NCBI GenBank assembly: GCA_041653595.1
Contig: JBAZFB010000003.1
Coordinates: 64,346 to 128,345, forward strand
From: Candidatus Omnitrophota bacterium
Lineage (GTDB): Bacteria; Omnitrophota; Gorgyraeia; Pluralincolimonadales; Pluralincolimonadaceae
Direction of reading: 5' to 3'
Length of the DNA: 64,000 nucleotides
Shown here: piece by piece, positions 18,117-26,119 of the stretch
How the letters are laid out: the number at the start of each line of letters is the position of its first letter
Position numbering within the stretch: position 1 is the stretch's first letter
Translations under genes and position numbers: made by a program
Notes under the pieces: generated by a model
What the model saw: the letters and a program-made list of their open reading frames with translations, nothing else
What the model was told of the DNA's origin: nothing
Databases searched by the model: none

Positions 18117-19196
18117 ATGAGACAGGTGTTTCCCGTATTTTTTTTGATGTTCTTTTTGGCCGCGGCTTTTCCGGCCACGGCAGCCGATGTTAACCGGACG
18201 GAAGCGGCCAATGAACCCGCAGGCCATGCGGACGCCTTCGCCGAATTCAGTAAAAGATTTTCGGAGATAAAGGCAGGCGATGCCGAGGCTTATTATAATT
18301 TGGCGGTGTTCTGTATCGATAACGATCTCCCTGGACAGGCGGAATACCTGCTCGGGGAAGCGGCAAAAACCCCCGACTTTGAAAAAAAGGCGAAAAGGCT
18401 TCTGGAAGTGCTTACCGGCGAACCGGACAAAGTTTTGTATGAAGCCGCGTTCAAACATTATGAATCGGGATATCTCGCGGAGGCCAAAACAGAAGTCGAA
18501 ATGCTGAAAATCGTTTATCCCCAAAGCAATTATACTCGTAAAGCCAGGTTACTTTTGAGAAATATAAACAGTGAGGTGGTTGATAAACCCTATCTTTTGG
18601 TGAACTCCGCTGATCCCAGTAAAATTATCGCTTCCTTGAGTCAGAGGGCGGAAAAAGAGAAACGTAATGTGGAGGATCTGAAAAAAGAGTATTTTACGGA
18701 TATCCTCAAGAAGGCGGAGTATTTCGCTGACACCCTGGTGGCCAAAGCACCTTCCGATGAGAAAAAGGAAGAATATTTGTTCTATGCGATAAAATGCGCG
18801 GAAGAAGTATACAGATTGTCGGATGATGCGGAACTTAAGAGCAAGGCCGAAGACATGAGAAGCAAGATCACTAAACGGGTATTTACCGAGCGACCGGTAT
18901 CTGCAAATTTGAAAAATATAGACATGCATTATGAGAATTTATATCTGGTCAAAGACAGCGGCCTTATCGAGGATACTTGCGGTAAATATATTAAGGAAGG
19001 CGAGGCATATTTAAAGAAAGCCCGGGAGGCCTCGGGCGACGGGAAAATAAGCGATCTCGTCAGCGCTTATAAATGTTTTTCGTTTGCTAATGCCTATACC
19101 AAGTCCGAGAAGCTGAAAGAGGAGACTTTTAGAAAGATGAAGCTTATTAGCCTCGAAAAAAGGAAGGAGATAAGCAAGAAGAAAACGTCAAATTAG
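18117..19196 (+). CDS. Secreted hypothetical protein, helical/TPR-like
   Basis: Signal peptide 'MRQVFPVFFLMFFLAAAFPATAA' after AAAGGAG RBS; Lys/Glu-rich helical repeats; ORF-track start 18036 would overlap upstream gene so 18117 preferred. Confidence 0.5.
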   Translation: MRQVFPVFFLMFFLAAAFPATAADVNRTEAANEPAGHADAFAEFSKRFSEIKAGDAEAYYNLAVFCIDNDLPGQAEYLLGEAAKTPDFEKKAKRLLEVLTGEPDKVLYEAAFKHYESGYLAEAKTEVEMLKIVYPQSNYTRKARLLLRNINSEVVDKPYLLVNSADPSKIIASLSQRAEKEKRNVEDLKKEYFTDILKKAEYFADTLVAKAPSDEKKEEYLFYAIKCAEEVYRLSDDAELKSKAEDMRSKITKRVFTERPVSANLKNIDMHYENLYLVKDSGLIEDTCGKYIKEGEAYLKKAREASGDGKISDLVSAYKCFSFANAYTKSEKLKEETFRKMKLISLEKRKEISKKKTSN

Positions 19197-19233
19197 GCGC
19201 CTTTCGAATTTTTTGCTTTTTGAAAAGAAATAA

Positions 19234-19262
19234 TTGACAACTTTTGCTTAATCCTATAAAAT
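19234..19262 (+). promoter_or_regulatory. Sigma70-type promoter upstream of the pilM-like gene (TTGACA-17-TAAAAT)
   Basis: Consensus -35 TTGACA at 19234-19239, 17-nt spacer, -10 TAAAAT at 19257-19262, in the largest intergenic gap of the cluster; ATG at 19275 implies very short leader. Confidence 0.6.
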
Positions 19263-19274
19263 ATACGCAACCAT

Positions 19275-20924
19275 ATGGGAAAACGTGCTCTAGGGATCGA
19301 TATAGGCGCGGGCTCGGTAAAACTCGTAGAGCTGGAAAAGACGGCCGAAGGTATTCAGCTCATCCGGGCGAAATTTTTTGACTTGACCCAATATGCCGAC
19401 CAGGAAAAAAGGGACACCCTTATAAGGGAAGGCATAGAGGGGTTGTTGAGAACAGAAAAGATAAAGAGCGGCAGGCTCGCGCTCTCCCTCTCGGGCCAGT
19501 CGGTATTCATCCGCTTCCTCAAGCTCCCCAAGATCCAGCAAGGCAAGATAGACAAGATAATAAAATACGAAGCGCAGCAGCAGATCCCTTTCCCCCTCGA
19601 TAAGATAAGCTGGGACCACCAGATCTTCCGCTCCGGCGCGGGCCCGGAAGAGGACGTCCTTTTCGTCGCCGCGAAAAAAGAGATTGTCGAAACTACGCTT
19701 TCGCACGTAGCGAGGACCAACCTGGACATAGAGTTCGTCGATGTCAGCCCTCTGGCCCTCCTTAATTCCATAACTTATAATGAGCCCCTCGGCAAGGGGC
19801 TGATCCTTGATATCGGCGCCAAGGCGACCAATCTTATCGTCATATCGGACAAGGGGTTCTGGGTCCGTTCAATACTTATCGCCGGCGACGAGATGACCCA
19901 TGCGATCGCCTCAAAGTTAAATATACCTTTCGACAAGGCGGAGGAGCTTAAGCGCAAAGAGGGGATGGTGGTCGCGTCAGACAGCCTTGTTCCCTCGAAC
20001 ATCACCCCGGAGGGCAAAGACCTCGTTAATGCCCTGAACCCGGTCGTCTCCGACCTGATATCTTCGATCGTCCAGTCGATGGAATTTTACAAGACCAAAC
20101 ATGCCCGCGATACCGCCTTCAACGAGATCATATTATCGGGCGGCGGCTCAAAGCTCAAGGGCATAGAGGATTTCCTGGCGAAGGGGCTTGGCATGCAGAT
20201 AAGGCGCGCCAACCTGGGCCAGAAGATAAAATGCCCGTCCAACCTCAGGGTCGATATAGATTTTCAGACGCGCTTCGGCTCTTCGATCGGCCTGGCCCTG
20301 CGCCTGCTCCAGAGGTGCCCGACCAATATAGACCTGTTGCCGGCCGAGAGGAAAGAGGAAAGGGATTTCAAAAAAGAAAAATTCTGGATAATCTCCGCGG
20401 GCCTCCTTATTGCCGTAATACCGCTCACGATAGGGTATAATATCTGGTTCCAGACGTCGACCCTGAGGAAGGAAGTGGCCTTCCTGGATTCGCTTTTGTC
20501 GGATTACGAGAACATCAACAAGGGAATAGCCAAGCTTAAGGAAGATATCAAGAACAGCGAGGCCAGGCTGGAACCCTTTGAAAATCTGGCCATAAAGAAA
20601 AGCCTCTCTCTTGAGGCCATATTGGAGATAAGGAAGCTCCTGCCCGAAGAGACCTGGCTGACGTCGGTGGCCAAGGACAAGGACCTTTTCTCGGTTGAGG
20701 GCAGGACGACCTCGAGCCTCCTGACCATCAACGTTTTCAAGAACAGGCTCGCATCCTCGCCGTTATTCGATTCGGTAGAGATAATATACGCGAGCCTGCC
20801 CCGCCAGACCGAAGAGGGCGCGGGACAATTCAGGGATTTTTCCATAAAGTTCAGGTTCAAGGGGACCGGCGCGGCTGCGGCGGCCCCGAAGGGCGAGAAG
20901 GACGAAACGAAAGGCAAGAAATAG
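19275..20924 (+). CDS. PilM-like actin-fold ATPase fused to a PilN/GspL-like membrane/periplasmic segment
   Basis: 'LGIDIGAGSVKLVELEK' PilM N-terminus with actin-like fold, then TM 'FWIISAGLLIAVIPLTIGYNIWF' and coiled-coil/periplasmic tail; 549 aa (PilM alone is ~350). Confidence 0.7.
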   Translation: MGKRALGIDIGAGSVKLVELEKTAEGIQLIRAKFFDLTQYADQEKRDTLIREGIEGLLRTEKIKSGRLALSLSGQSVFIRFLKLPKIQQGKIDKIIKYEAQQQIPFPLDKISWDHQIFRSGAGPEEDVLFVAAKKEIVETTLSHVARTNLDIEFVDVSPLALLNSITYNEPLGKGLILDIGAKATNLIVISDKGFWVRSILIAGDEMTHAIASKLNIPFDKAEELKRKEGMVVASDSLVPSNITPEGKDLVNALNPVVSDLISSIVQSMEFYKTKHARDTAFNEIILSGGGSKLKGIEDFLAKGLGMQIRRANLGQKIKCPSNLRVDIDFQTRFGSSIGLALRLLQRCPTNIDLLPAERKEERDFKKEKFWIISAGLLIAVIPLTIGYNIWFQTSTLRKEVAFLDSLLSDYENINKGIAKLKEDIKNSEARLEPFENLAIKKSLSLEAILEIRKLLPEETWLTSVAKDKDLFSVEGRTTSSLLTINVFKNRLASSPLFDSVEIIYASLPRQTEEGAGQFRDFSIKFRFKGTGAAAAAPKGEKDETKGKK

Positions 20925-20927
20925 AAG

Positions 20928-21689
20928 ATGCCAAAAGGCATGAACGAGTCATTGACGACTAAGATATCCCTGGGAGCGGTCATACTGGTTTCATTTCTTT
21001 TTTTAGGGATAACCGTGTATGACAGGTTGAGGATCGAAGGGGCTGTCGTGCAGAAGCAGGAGCAGCTCAAGGTCTATAAAAACCAGGGCCTCGGTTTACT
21101 GAGCAGCGAAAAGAACCGCCTTGAGAGGCAGCTCAAGGCCATGCGGGAAGCCGACAAGGAGATAAGCGGCATGCTCTTCTCTAAACCGTCCTCCCGGATG
21201 GTGAAGGAGGTCGGGGATCCCCTTAAATTCAAGGAGGAGTTATACAAGGTCCAGAATAAGATAAAAGAGGACGGCGCTTCCATAAATTTCCAATTCCCGT
21301 TCTGGCTGGGTTTCGAGAGGTACGAGCACGATATACCGAATCCGGCGGACCTTCCGTTCAGGGTAAAGCAGCTCGACATAATAAACGAGATCGGCAGCCT
21401 TGCCCTGGCTTCGAAGGTGCCGGAGATCTCGACGATCGAATTCCTCGAGATCAAGAAAATAATGGCCGACAACAAGGAAATCCTTTTCATGGAATTTCCT
21501 GTCAGGGTGGTCCTTAAGTGCGGTAACGAGAGCCTGGTCAATTTTATGTATAAGCTGAGCGTCGCGGATGTGCCTTTGAGGATCGATTCGTTTAAAATAA
21601 AAGTTTCCGCAGACGAGAGCGCGGCCGAGGGCGACATGACCGGAGAGTTGGTCATAGTCGCTGCCGTATTGCCCGCGGAGAAGATATGA
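20928..21689 (+). CDS. PilO/GspM-like bitopic membrane protein
   Basis: N-terminal TM helix, coiled-coil, then ferredoxin-like periplasmic domain pattern; position after PilM/N-like gene. Confidence 0.45.
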   Translation: MPKGMNESLTTKISLGAVILVSFLFLGITVYDRLRIEGAVVQKQEQLKVYKNQGLGLLSSEKNRLERQLKAMREADKEISGMLFSKPSSRMVKEVGDPLKFKEELYKVQNKIKEDGASINFQFPFWLGFERYEHDIPNPADLPFRVKQLDIINEIGSLALASKVPEISTIEFLEIKKIMADNKEILFMEFPVRVVLKCGNESLVNFMYKLSVADVPLRIDSFKIKVSADESAAEGDMTGELVIVAAVLPAEKI

Positions 21690-22366
21690 AAGGCGCATCC
21701 CGAATAATAGCCGCAGCAGCATTCATTCTATGGATATTGGCGATGTGGAAATCGTCTTCGGTTTTTGAATCAAAGCAAGTCCCGTTCCGGCAGGAGGAGG
21801 AAGGCGGGGGAGACGTCGTGCCCGGTAAGGAGGGGACCGCCGCCCTGCCAAACTCTTTTTCGCATGTGGAAGTATTGCTCAAATCCCCTTATGCCGTCTC
21901 GAGATACAAGCCCCTTCTCGATGAGAACATGTTCATAAAGCCCGAACCCCCGGTCAAGGTCTTATCGCCTGTAGACCTGACGTTAGTGTCCGTCACGGCC
22001 GTACCCCTGCCTTTTATGTATAAAGGTTTTATCGAGGTGTCGGACGGGACCATAATAGGCCAGATCAACTGGTCCGGTAAGACGTATTTCGTAAAGAGGG
22101 GGCAAAAGGTCAAAGACTACAAAGTAACGGAGATCAACAGCAAGATTGTCAAGATGGAAAACAAGGATGGCCAGGTTACCCTCGAGTTCAAGAAGCCCGG
22201 GAAGAGCAAGGAATTGGTCGCAAAACTGCACGATTCAATGAATAATAAGGATATCGAGGCAAAGAAGGGGGACACGATCGGAGAGTATAAAGTTCTTGAC
22301 ATAAAAACTGATTCTGTGATATTATATGGCCAAAATAAAGAGTGGGTTATAACAAAGGGGAGATGA
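21686..22366 (+). CDS. PilP/GspC-like periplasmic protein with duplicated beta-domain
   Basis: N-terminal TM/signal; two similar beta-rich segments ('KTYFVKRGQKVKDYKVTEINSKIVKME' / 'KKGDTIGEYKVLDIKTDSVILYG') resembling the PilP HR domain; gene order. Confidence 0.4.
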   Translation: MKGASRIIAAAAFILWILAMWKSSSVFESKQVPFRQEEEGGGDVVPGKEGTAALPNSFSHVEVLLKSPYAVSRYKPLLDENMFIKPEPPVKVLSPVDLTLVSVTAVPLPFMYKGFIEVSDGTIIGQINWSGKTYFVKRGQKVKDYKVTEINSKIVKMENKDGQVTLEFKKPGKSKELVAKLHDSMNNKDIEAKKGDTIGEYKVLDIKTDSVILYGQNKEWVITKGR

Positions 22367-22371
22367 TATAA

Positions 22372-23499
22372 ATGAGTATGACCAATGAGGTTAAAAGAAC
22401 AGCAGGTAAGTTCTTTGTTTGCATCTTTTTGGCTTTTGATTCGTTCTTTATTATCTCATTAGGAAATGCTTTTTGCGCCAGGGTTTACGCCGCCTCCGAT
22501 GCTGATATAGCCAACGACTCGGTCGAGGCGAGGATAATAGCCCAGGACCTGGCCAAAGAGAAAAAAGTCGAACAAAAATACCTCATTAAAGACCTCTTCG
22601 ATCAAGCCAAGAGGGAATACGACGCTAAGAATTACGAAACGGCGCAGCATATCTTCGAGAGGATAGTCCAGCTGGACCCCAAGAATAAACAGGCCGTCCA
22701 TTATGTCGAGTTGTGCAAAGACGGCATAGTCAAGACCGTCCCCGATACGATAACCGGCTCTATGATAAAGCGCGGCAAAGCGAATTACGCGAGCAAAGAA
22801 TATTCCGCCGCGGTAGGTGATTTTGAGAGCGCGCTCGCCGCGAACCCCAATGATGCCGAAGCCCGGGATTGGCTGATCAAGGCGAGGCAGGCCGAGGGGT
22901 TGGACGCGAGGGAAAAGACTACCAAGGAAGAGCGCAAGTATGTCGTAAAGGACAGGCACGTAACGAACGAGGAGAAGGATACATCCGAGCAGAAGGCCTT
23001 GCTCGACGTGGATAGAGGATGGCTGCCCCCGGAGAAGACCGGCCGGGAAGAGTTGCAGGTCGAAGAGGTGATCCCGGAGTCGGAGAGGATCGAAGCGGCC
23101 GCAAGGGCGGCGCTCGAGGAGAAGATGGCGAAGGTTGTCGTTCCGGCCATATCGGTTACCGACGCCGACGTCCAGGACCTTATCCGCCAGTTGACCGAGA
23201 TGACGGGAGTAACTATCGTCATCGACGAGAAGGCGCTGGCCGCCCTCACCAGAGAGCAGCCGCTGAAGATCACGATCAGCACCGCTGCCCCTATGCCGTT
23301 GCTCGATATCCTGGGTATCGCGTTCAAGACTACGCAACTCGCTTATAAGGTCGAGACGAATTACGTTTATGTATCAAGCAGAGAGAATATAATGAGAGAA
23401 GGCCTTGTCACGAGGACTTACAAACTCAAATACGGCGAACGCAAGACTCGCGCGGTCAAATTAACAGAGTTTGAAAACAAGGCGGCAGACGCGAAATGA
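22372..23499 (+). CDS. TPR-repeat protein with C-terminal secretin-N (N0/STN-like) domain
   Basis: TPR-like 'AKNYETAQHIFERIVQLDPKNKQA', 'SKEYSAAVGDFESALAANPNDAEA'; C-terminal 'VTDADVQDLIRQLTEMTGVTIVIDE...LDILGIAFKTTQLAYKVETNYVYVS' resembles secretin N0/STN domain. Confidence 0.5.
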   Translation: MSMTNEVKRTAGKFFVCIFLAFDSFFIISLGNAFCARVYAASDADIANDSVEARIIAQDLAKEKKVEQKYLIKDLFDQAKREYDAKNYETAQHIFERIVQLDPKNKQAVHYVELCKDGIVKTVPDTITGSMIKRGKANYASKEYSAAVGDFESALAANPNDAEARDWLIKARQAEGLDAREKTTKEERKYVVKDRHVTNEEKDTSEQKALLDVDRGWLPPEKTGREELQVEEVIPESERIEAAARAALEEKMAKVVVPAISVTDADVQDLIRQLTEMTGVTIVIDEKALAALTREQPLKITISTAAPMPLLDILGIAFKTTQLAYKVETNYVYVSSRENIMREGLVTRTYKLKYGERKTRAVKLTEFENKAADAK

Positions 23500-24617
23500 A
23501 GAAAAAGTTTATCGCGGGGGCGGTAATAATTTGTTTGGCGATCCCCCAGATCGCGCTCTTTGCGGCCGATGACGGCAGCCTCAATATCAAAGATTATCTC
23601 GAGCAAAGCCTGCCTGCCCAGGATGGGAGAAAGATAACCTATAATGATGGCACGAGGCTCCTGACCGTTACCGATACGAAAGACAACCAGGAACTCATCA
23701 GGAGTTTAATAAAGGGGTATGAGGTCGGTCCCAAGCAGGTGATGATCGAGACCAGGTTCGTGGAAGTGGCCGTCACCGACCTGGACGAGCTGGGTATAGA
23801 ATGGGATTTCTTCCATCCCGGCAACGCCAACGACAAAAACAGCGGATTTACCATAGGCGCTCCTGTGGGTACACCGTATCAGGGCCTGCGCTGGAATAAT
23901 GATCTGACCTCGACGTTCCCCGTCGTGGGGAATTTCGCCGGCCAGGTCATGATGTTCAAAGTTTTGGCCAACGGTGAGGCCTATATAGCGAATCTCAGAT
24001 TTTTAGAGCAACAGGGGAAGGCCAATCTCCTTTCCGCTCCCAAGGTTACCGCGATCTCCGGCCAGATGGCGAACATCCAGGTGGTAAGGACATATCCTTA
24101 CGTATCTGATTTTACGCTCGAGAACATAGGGACGGCTGAGTTCCCTATCTGGAGTTACAAATTGTCCCTTGCCGAAAAACCGGTAGGCATATTCCTTGAA
24201 GCGACCCCTTATGTCACCGAAGGGTCGAATACCATAACTTTAGACCTGCATCCGGAGGTGAGCGTCCTGCGGTCGCAAGTGGCCATCTCTAACCTAAGTA
24301 CGAGCGGCGAGACGGGGCAGCTGGGTAATGTAACCTCCGCGACCAACGTAAAACTCATACCGGCTGACCTCGGTTGGCCTGTTGTGGACGTGAGGACCAC
24401 CCAGACGAGCGTTTCGGTAGACAGCGGGGCGACGATAGTGCTGGGCGGGCTTATCAAGGACAGCGAGACGATAACGCACAGGAAGATCCCGGTCCTCGGA
24501 GACATACCTTTGTTAGGGCAGGCTTTCCGGTATGATTACAAAAGCCAGACCAAGACGAACCTGCTTATATTTATTACGGCGAGCATTATCGACGCGAAAG
24601 GCGAGGTCATAAGATGA
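23496..24617 (+). CDS. Minimal secretin (GspD/PilQ family; N3-like + secretin domain), paralog 1
   Basis: Signal peptide; N3-like 'QVMIETRFVEVAVTDLDELGIEW'; secretin core 'RTTQTSVSVDSGATIVLGGLI...KIPVLGDIPLLGQAFR...KTNLLIFITASII'. Confidence 0.85.
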   Translation: MKKKFIAGAVIICLAIPQIALFAADDGSLNIKDYLEQSLPAQDGRKITYNDGTRLLTVTDTKDNQELIRSLIKGYEVGPKQVMIETRFVEVAVTDLDELGIEWDFFHPGNANDKNSGFTIGAPVGTPYQGLRWNNDLTSTFPVVGNFAGQVMMFKVLANGEAYIANLRFLEQQGKANLLSAPKVTAISGQMANIQVVRTYPYVSDFTLENIGTAEFPIWSYKLSLAEKPVGIFLEATPYVTEGSNTITLDLHPEVSVLRSQVAISNLSTSGETGQLGNVTSATNVKLIPADLGWPVVDVRTTQTSVSVDSGATIVLGGLIKDSETITHRKIPVLGDIPLLGQAFRYDYKSQTKTNLLIFITASIIDAKGEVIR

Positions 24618-25732
24618 AGAATAAATACGGCGTTTCTTTGCCGCAGGTGATCTTGTTCTCGGCGGCGATCCTCCTTTCGTTGGCGTCCGGGCGGGTTTTT
24701 GCGGCGGATGCGCCTGCCGCGGAGATGTCAGCCGGCGGAGAGGCGGCAGGCATCGAGCAATATCTGCAGGACGCCCTTCCTGAGAACCCGGAAAGGAAGG
24801 TCGTTTATGACTCATTGACCGGCGTTCTTACCGTTACCGATACCCCGACTAACCAGGCGATGGCCAAGGACCTGATAAGGTTATGGGATACCGGGTCCAC
24901 GCAGGTAAGGATACAGGCGAGGTTTGTGGAGATCCAGGTCACTGATATAGAGGAGTTGGGGATCGAATGGCAGGTCTTTAAGGCGCAAAGATATCCCATG
25001 GATAAGAACGGCCACTGGAGCAATTTCGGGACCAGCCTTTCCAGCGGGTCGCTGAGCGAAGACCAGACTGCTGCCGGTTTCTTCGGAACGGCAAACGAGA
25101 CTTCGGGTCTGGGTTTGACTATCGGAAAGTTCACGAACGCGGGGGATATATATAGGGCGTATATAAAGGCGCTTATCGAGCAGGGGAAAGCCAGTCTCTT
25201 GTCTTCTCCTTCGGTGACCACTATCTCCGGCCAGATGGCGAACATCCAGGTGGCTAACATAGTCCCTTACGCCTCGGATTTCACGAGGACTAACATCGGC
25301 ACTGCCGATTTCCCGGTCATGGTCGAGATATACAAAGTGGCGGAAAAGGTGACCGGCATATCGCTTGAGGTGACGCCCTCGGTAGGAGGCGACAGTAAGG
25401 TGGTCACGATGGATATACATCCCGAGGTCAGCATCCTGGTCGACCAGATCCCGATCTCTTCTTCGGACGATTTCCCGGCAAACTTAGGATACCCGGTCAT
25501 CGACACGAGGACCACGCAGACATCGGTGGTCGTCAAGAGCGGAGAGACGGTCGTACTGGGCGGATTAATAAGGGAAGATGAAAGAACGACGAAAAGGAAG
25601 ATTCCTGTCCTGGGAGATATACCTCTCCTTGGCCATCTCTTCACGACCGACCACACCGACAAGTCAAAGAAGAACCTGTTGATTTTCCTGACAGCCACGA
25701 TATTAGACTCAAGAGGAGAACCGGTGCTATGA
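24614..25732 (+). CDS. Minimal secretin (GspD/PilQ family), paralog 2
   Basis: Same architecture: 'QVRIQARFVEIQVTDIEELGIEW', 'RTTQTSVVVKSGETVVLGGLI...KIPVLGDIPLLGHLF...KKNLLIFLTATIL'. Confidence 0.85.
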   Translation: MKNKYGVSLPQVILFSAAILLSLASGRVFAADAPAAEMSAGGEAAGIEQYLQDALPENPERKVVYDSLTGVLTVTDTPTNQAMAKDLIRLWDTGSTQVRIQARFVEIQVTDIEELGIEWQVFKAQRYPMDKNGHWSNFGTSLSSGSLSEDQTAAGFFGTANETSGLGLTIGKFTNAGDIYRAYIKALIEQGKASLLSSPSVTTISGQMANIQVANIVPYASDFTRTNIGTADFPVMVEIYKVAEKVTGISLEVTPSVGGDSKVVTMDIHPEVSILVDQIPISSSDDFPANLGYPVIDTRTTQTSVVVKSGETVVLGGLIREDERTTKRKIPVLGDIPLLGHLFTTDHTDKSKKNLLIFLTATILDSRGEPVL

Positions 25733-26061
25733 AACGCGGAATATTGTTGATATCCGTTCTTTTATGCGCTATTATCTTGTCGTCAGCTGCGATGGCCCAG
25801 TACCTTCCCGCTACTTCTTCTGCGACTGCAAAGAGCGCCAAACAGAAGGACATTGTCCTCACTACCGCGGACATAAAAGATTCCTATAAGGTCATAGGGA
25901 TCGTCTCTATCCGCGGCGGCGAAGTGAACCTCGACGCCTTAAACAGCAAGCTTAAGGACGCGGGAAAGGAATTGGGGGCCGATGCCGTGATAGGCATACA
26001 GTATTTCACCTACAGCGGCTACGTATATGCCTATGGGACGGCCGTAAAGATCAAGGAATAG
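25729..26061 (+). CDS. Small secreted/lipoprotein-like protein, possibly secretin-associated (pilotin-like?)
   Basis: Signal peptide 'MKRGILLISVLLCAIILSSAAMA'; 110 aa; last gene of the secretion cluster; weak resemblance to YbjQ-like beta-domain ('ELGADAVIGIQY...YAYGTAVKI'). Confidence 0.4.
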   Translation: MKRGILLISVLLCAIILSSAAMAQYLPATSSATAKSAKQKDIVLTTADIKDSYKVIGIVSIRGGEVNLDALNSKLKDAGKELGADAVIGIQYFTYSGYVYAYGTAVKIKE

Positions 26062-26119
26062 GAAGAACAATCCGGAAAGACCACGCCTTTTTCATTTTTC
26101 CCCGTAAAAAACTATACTA

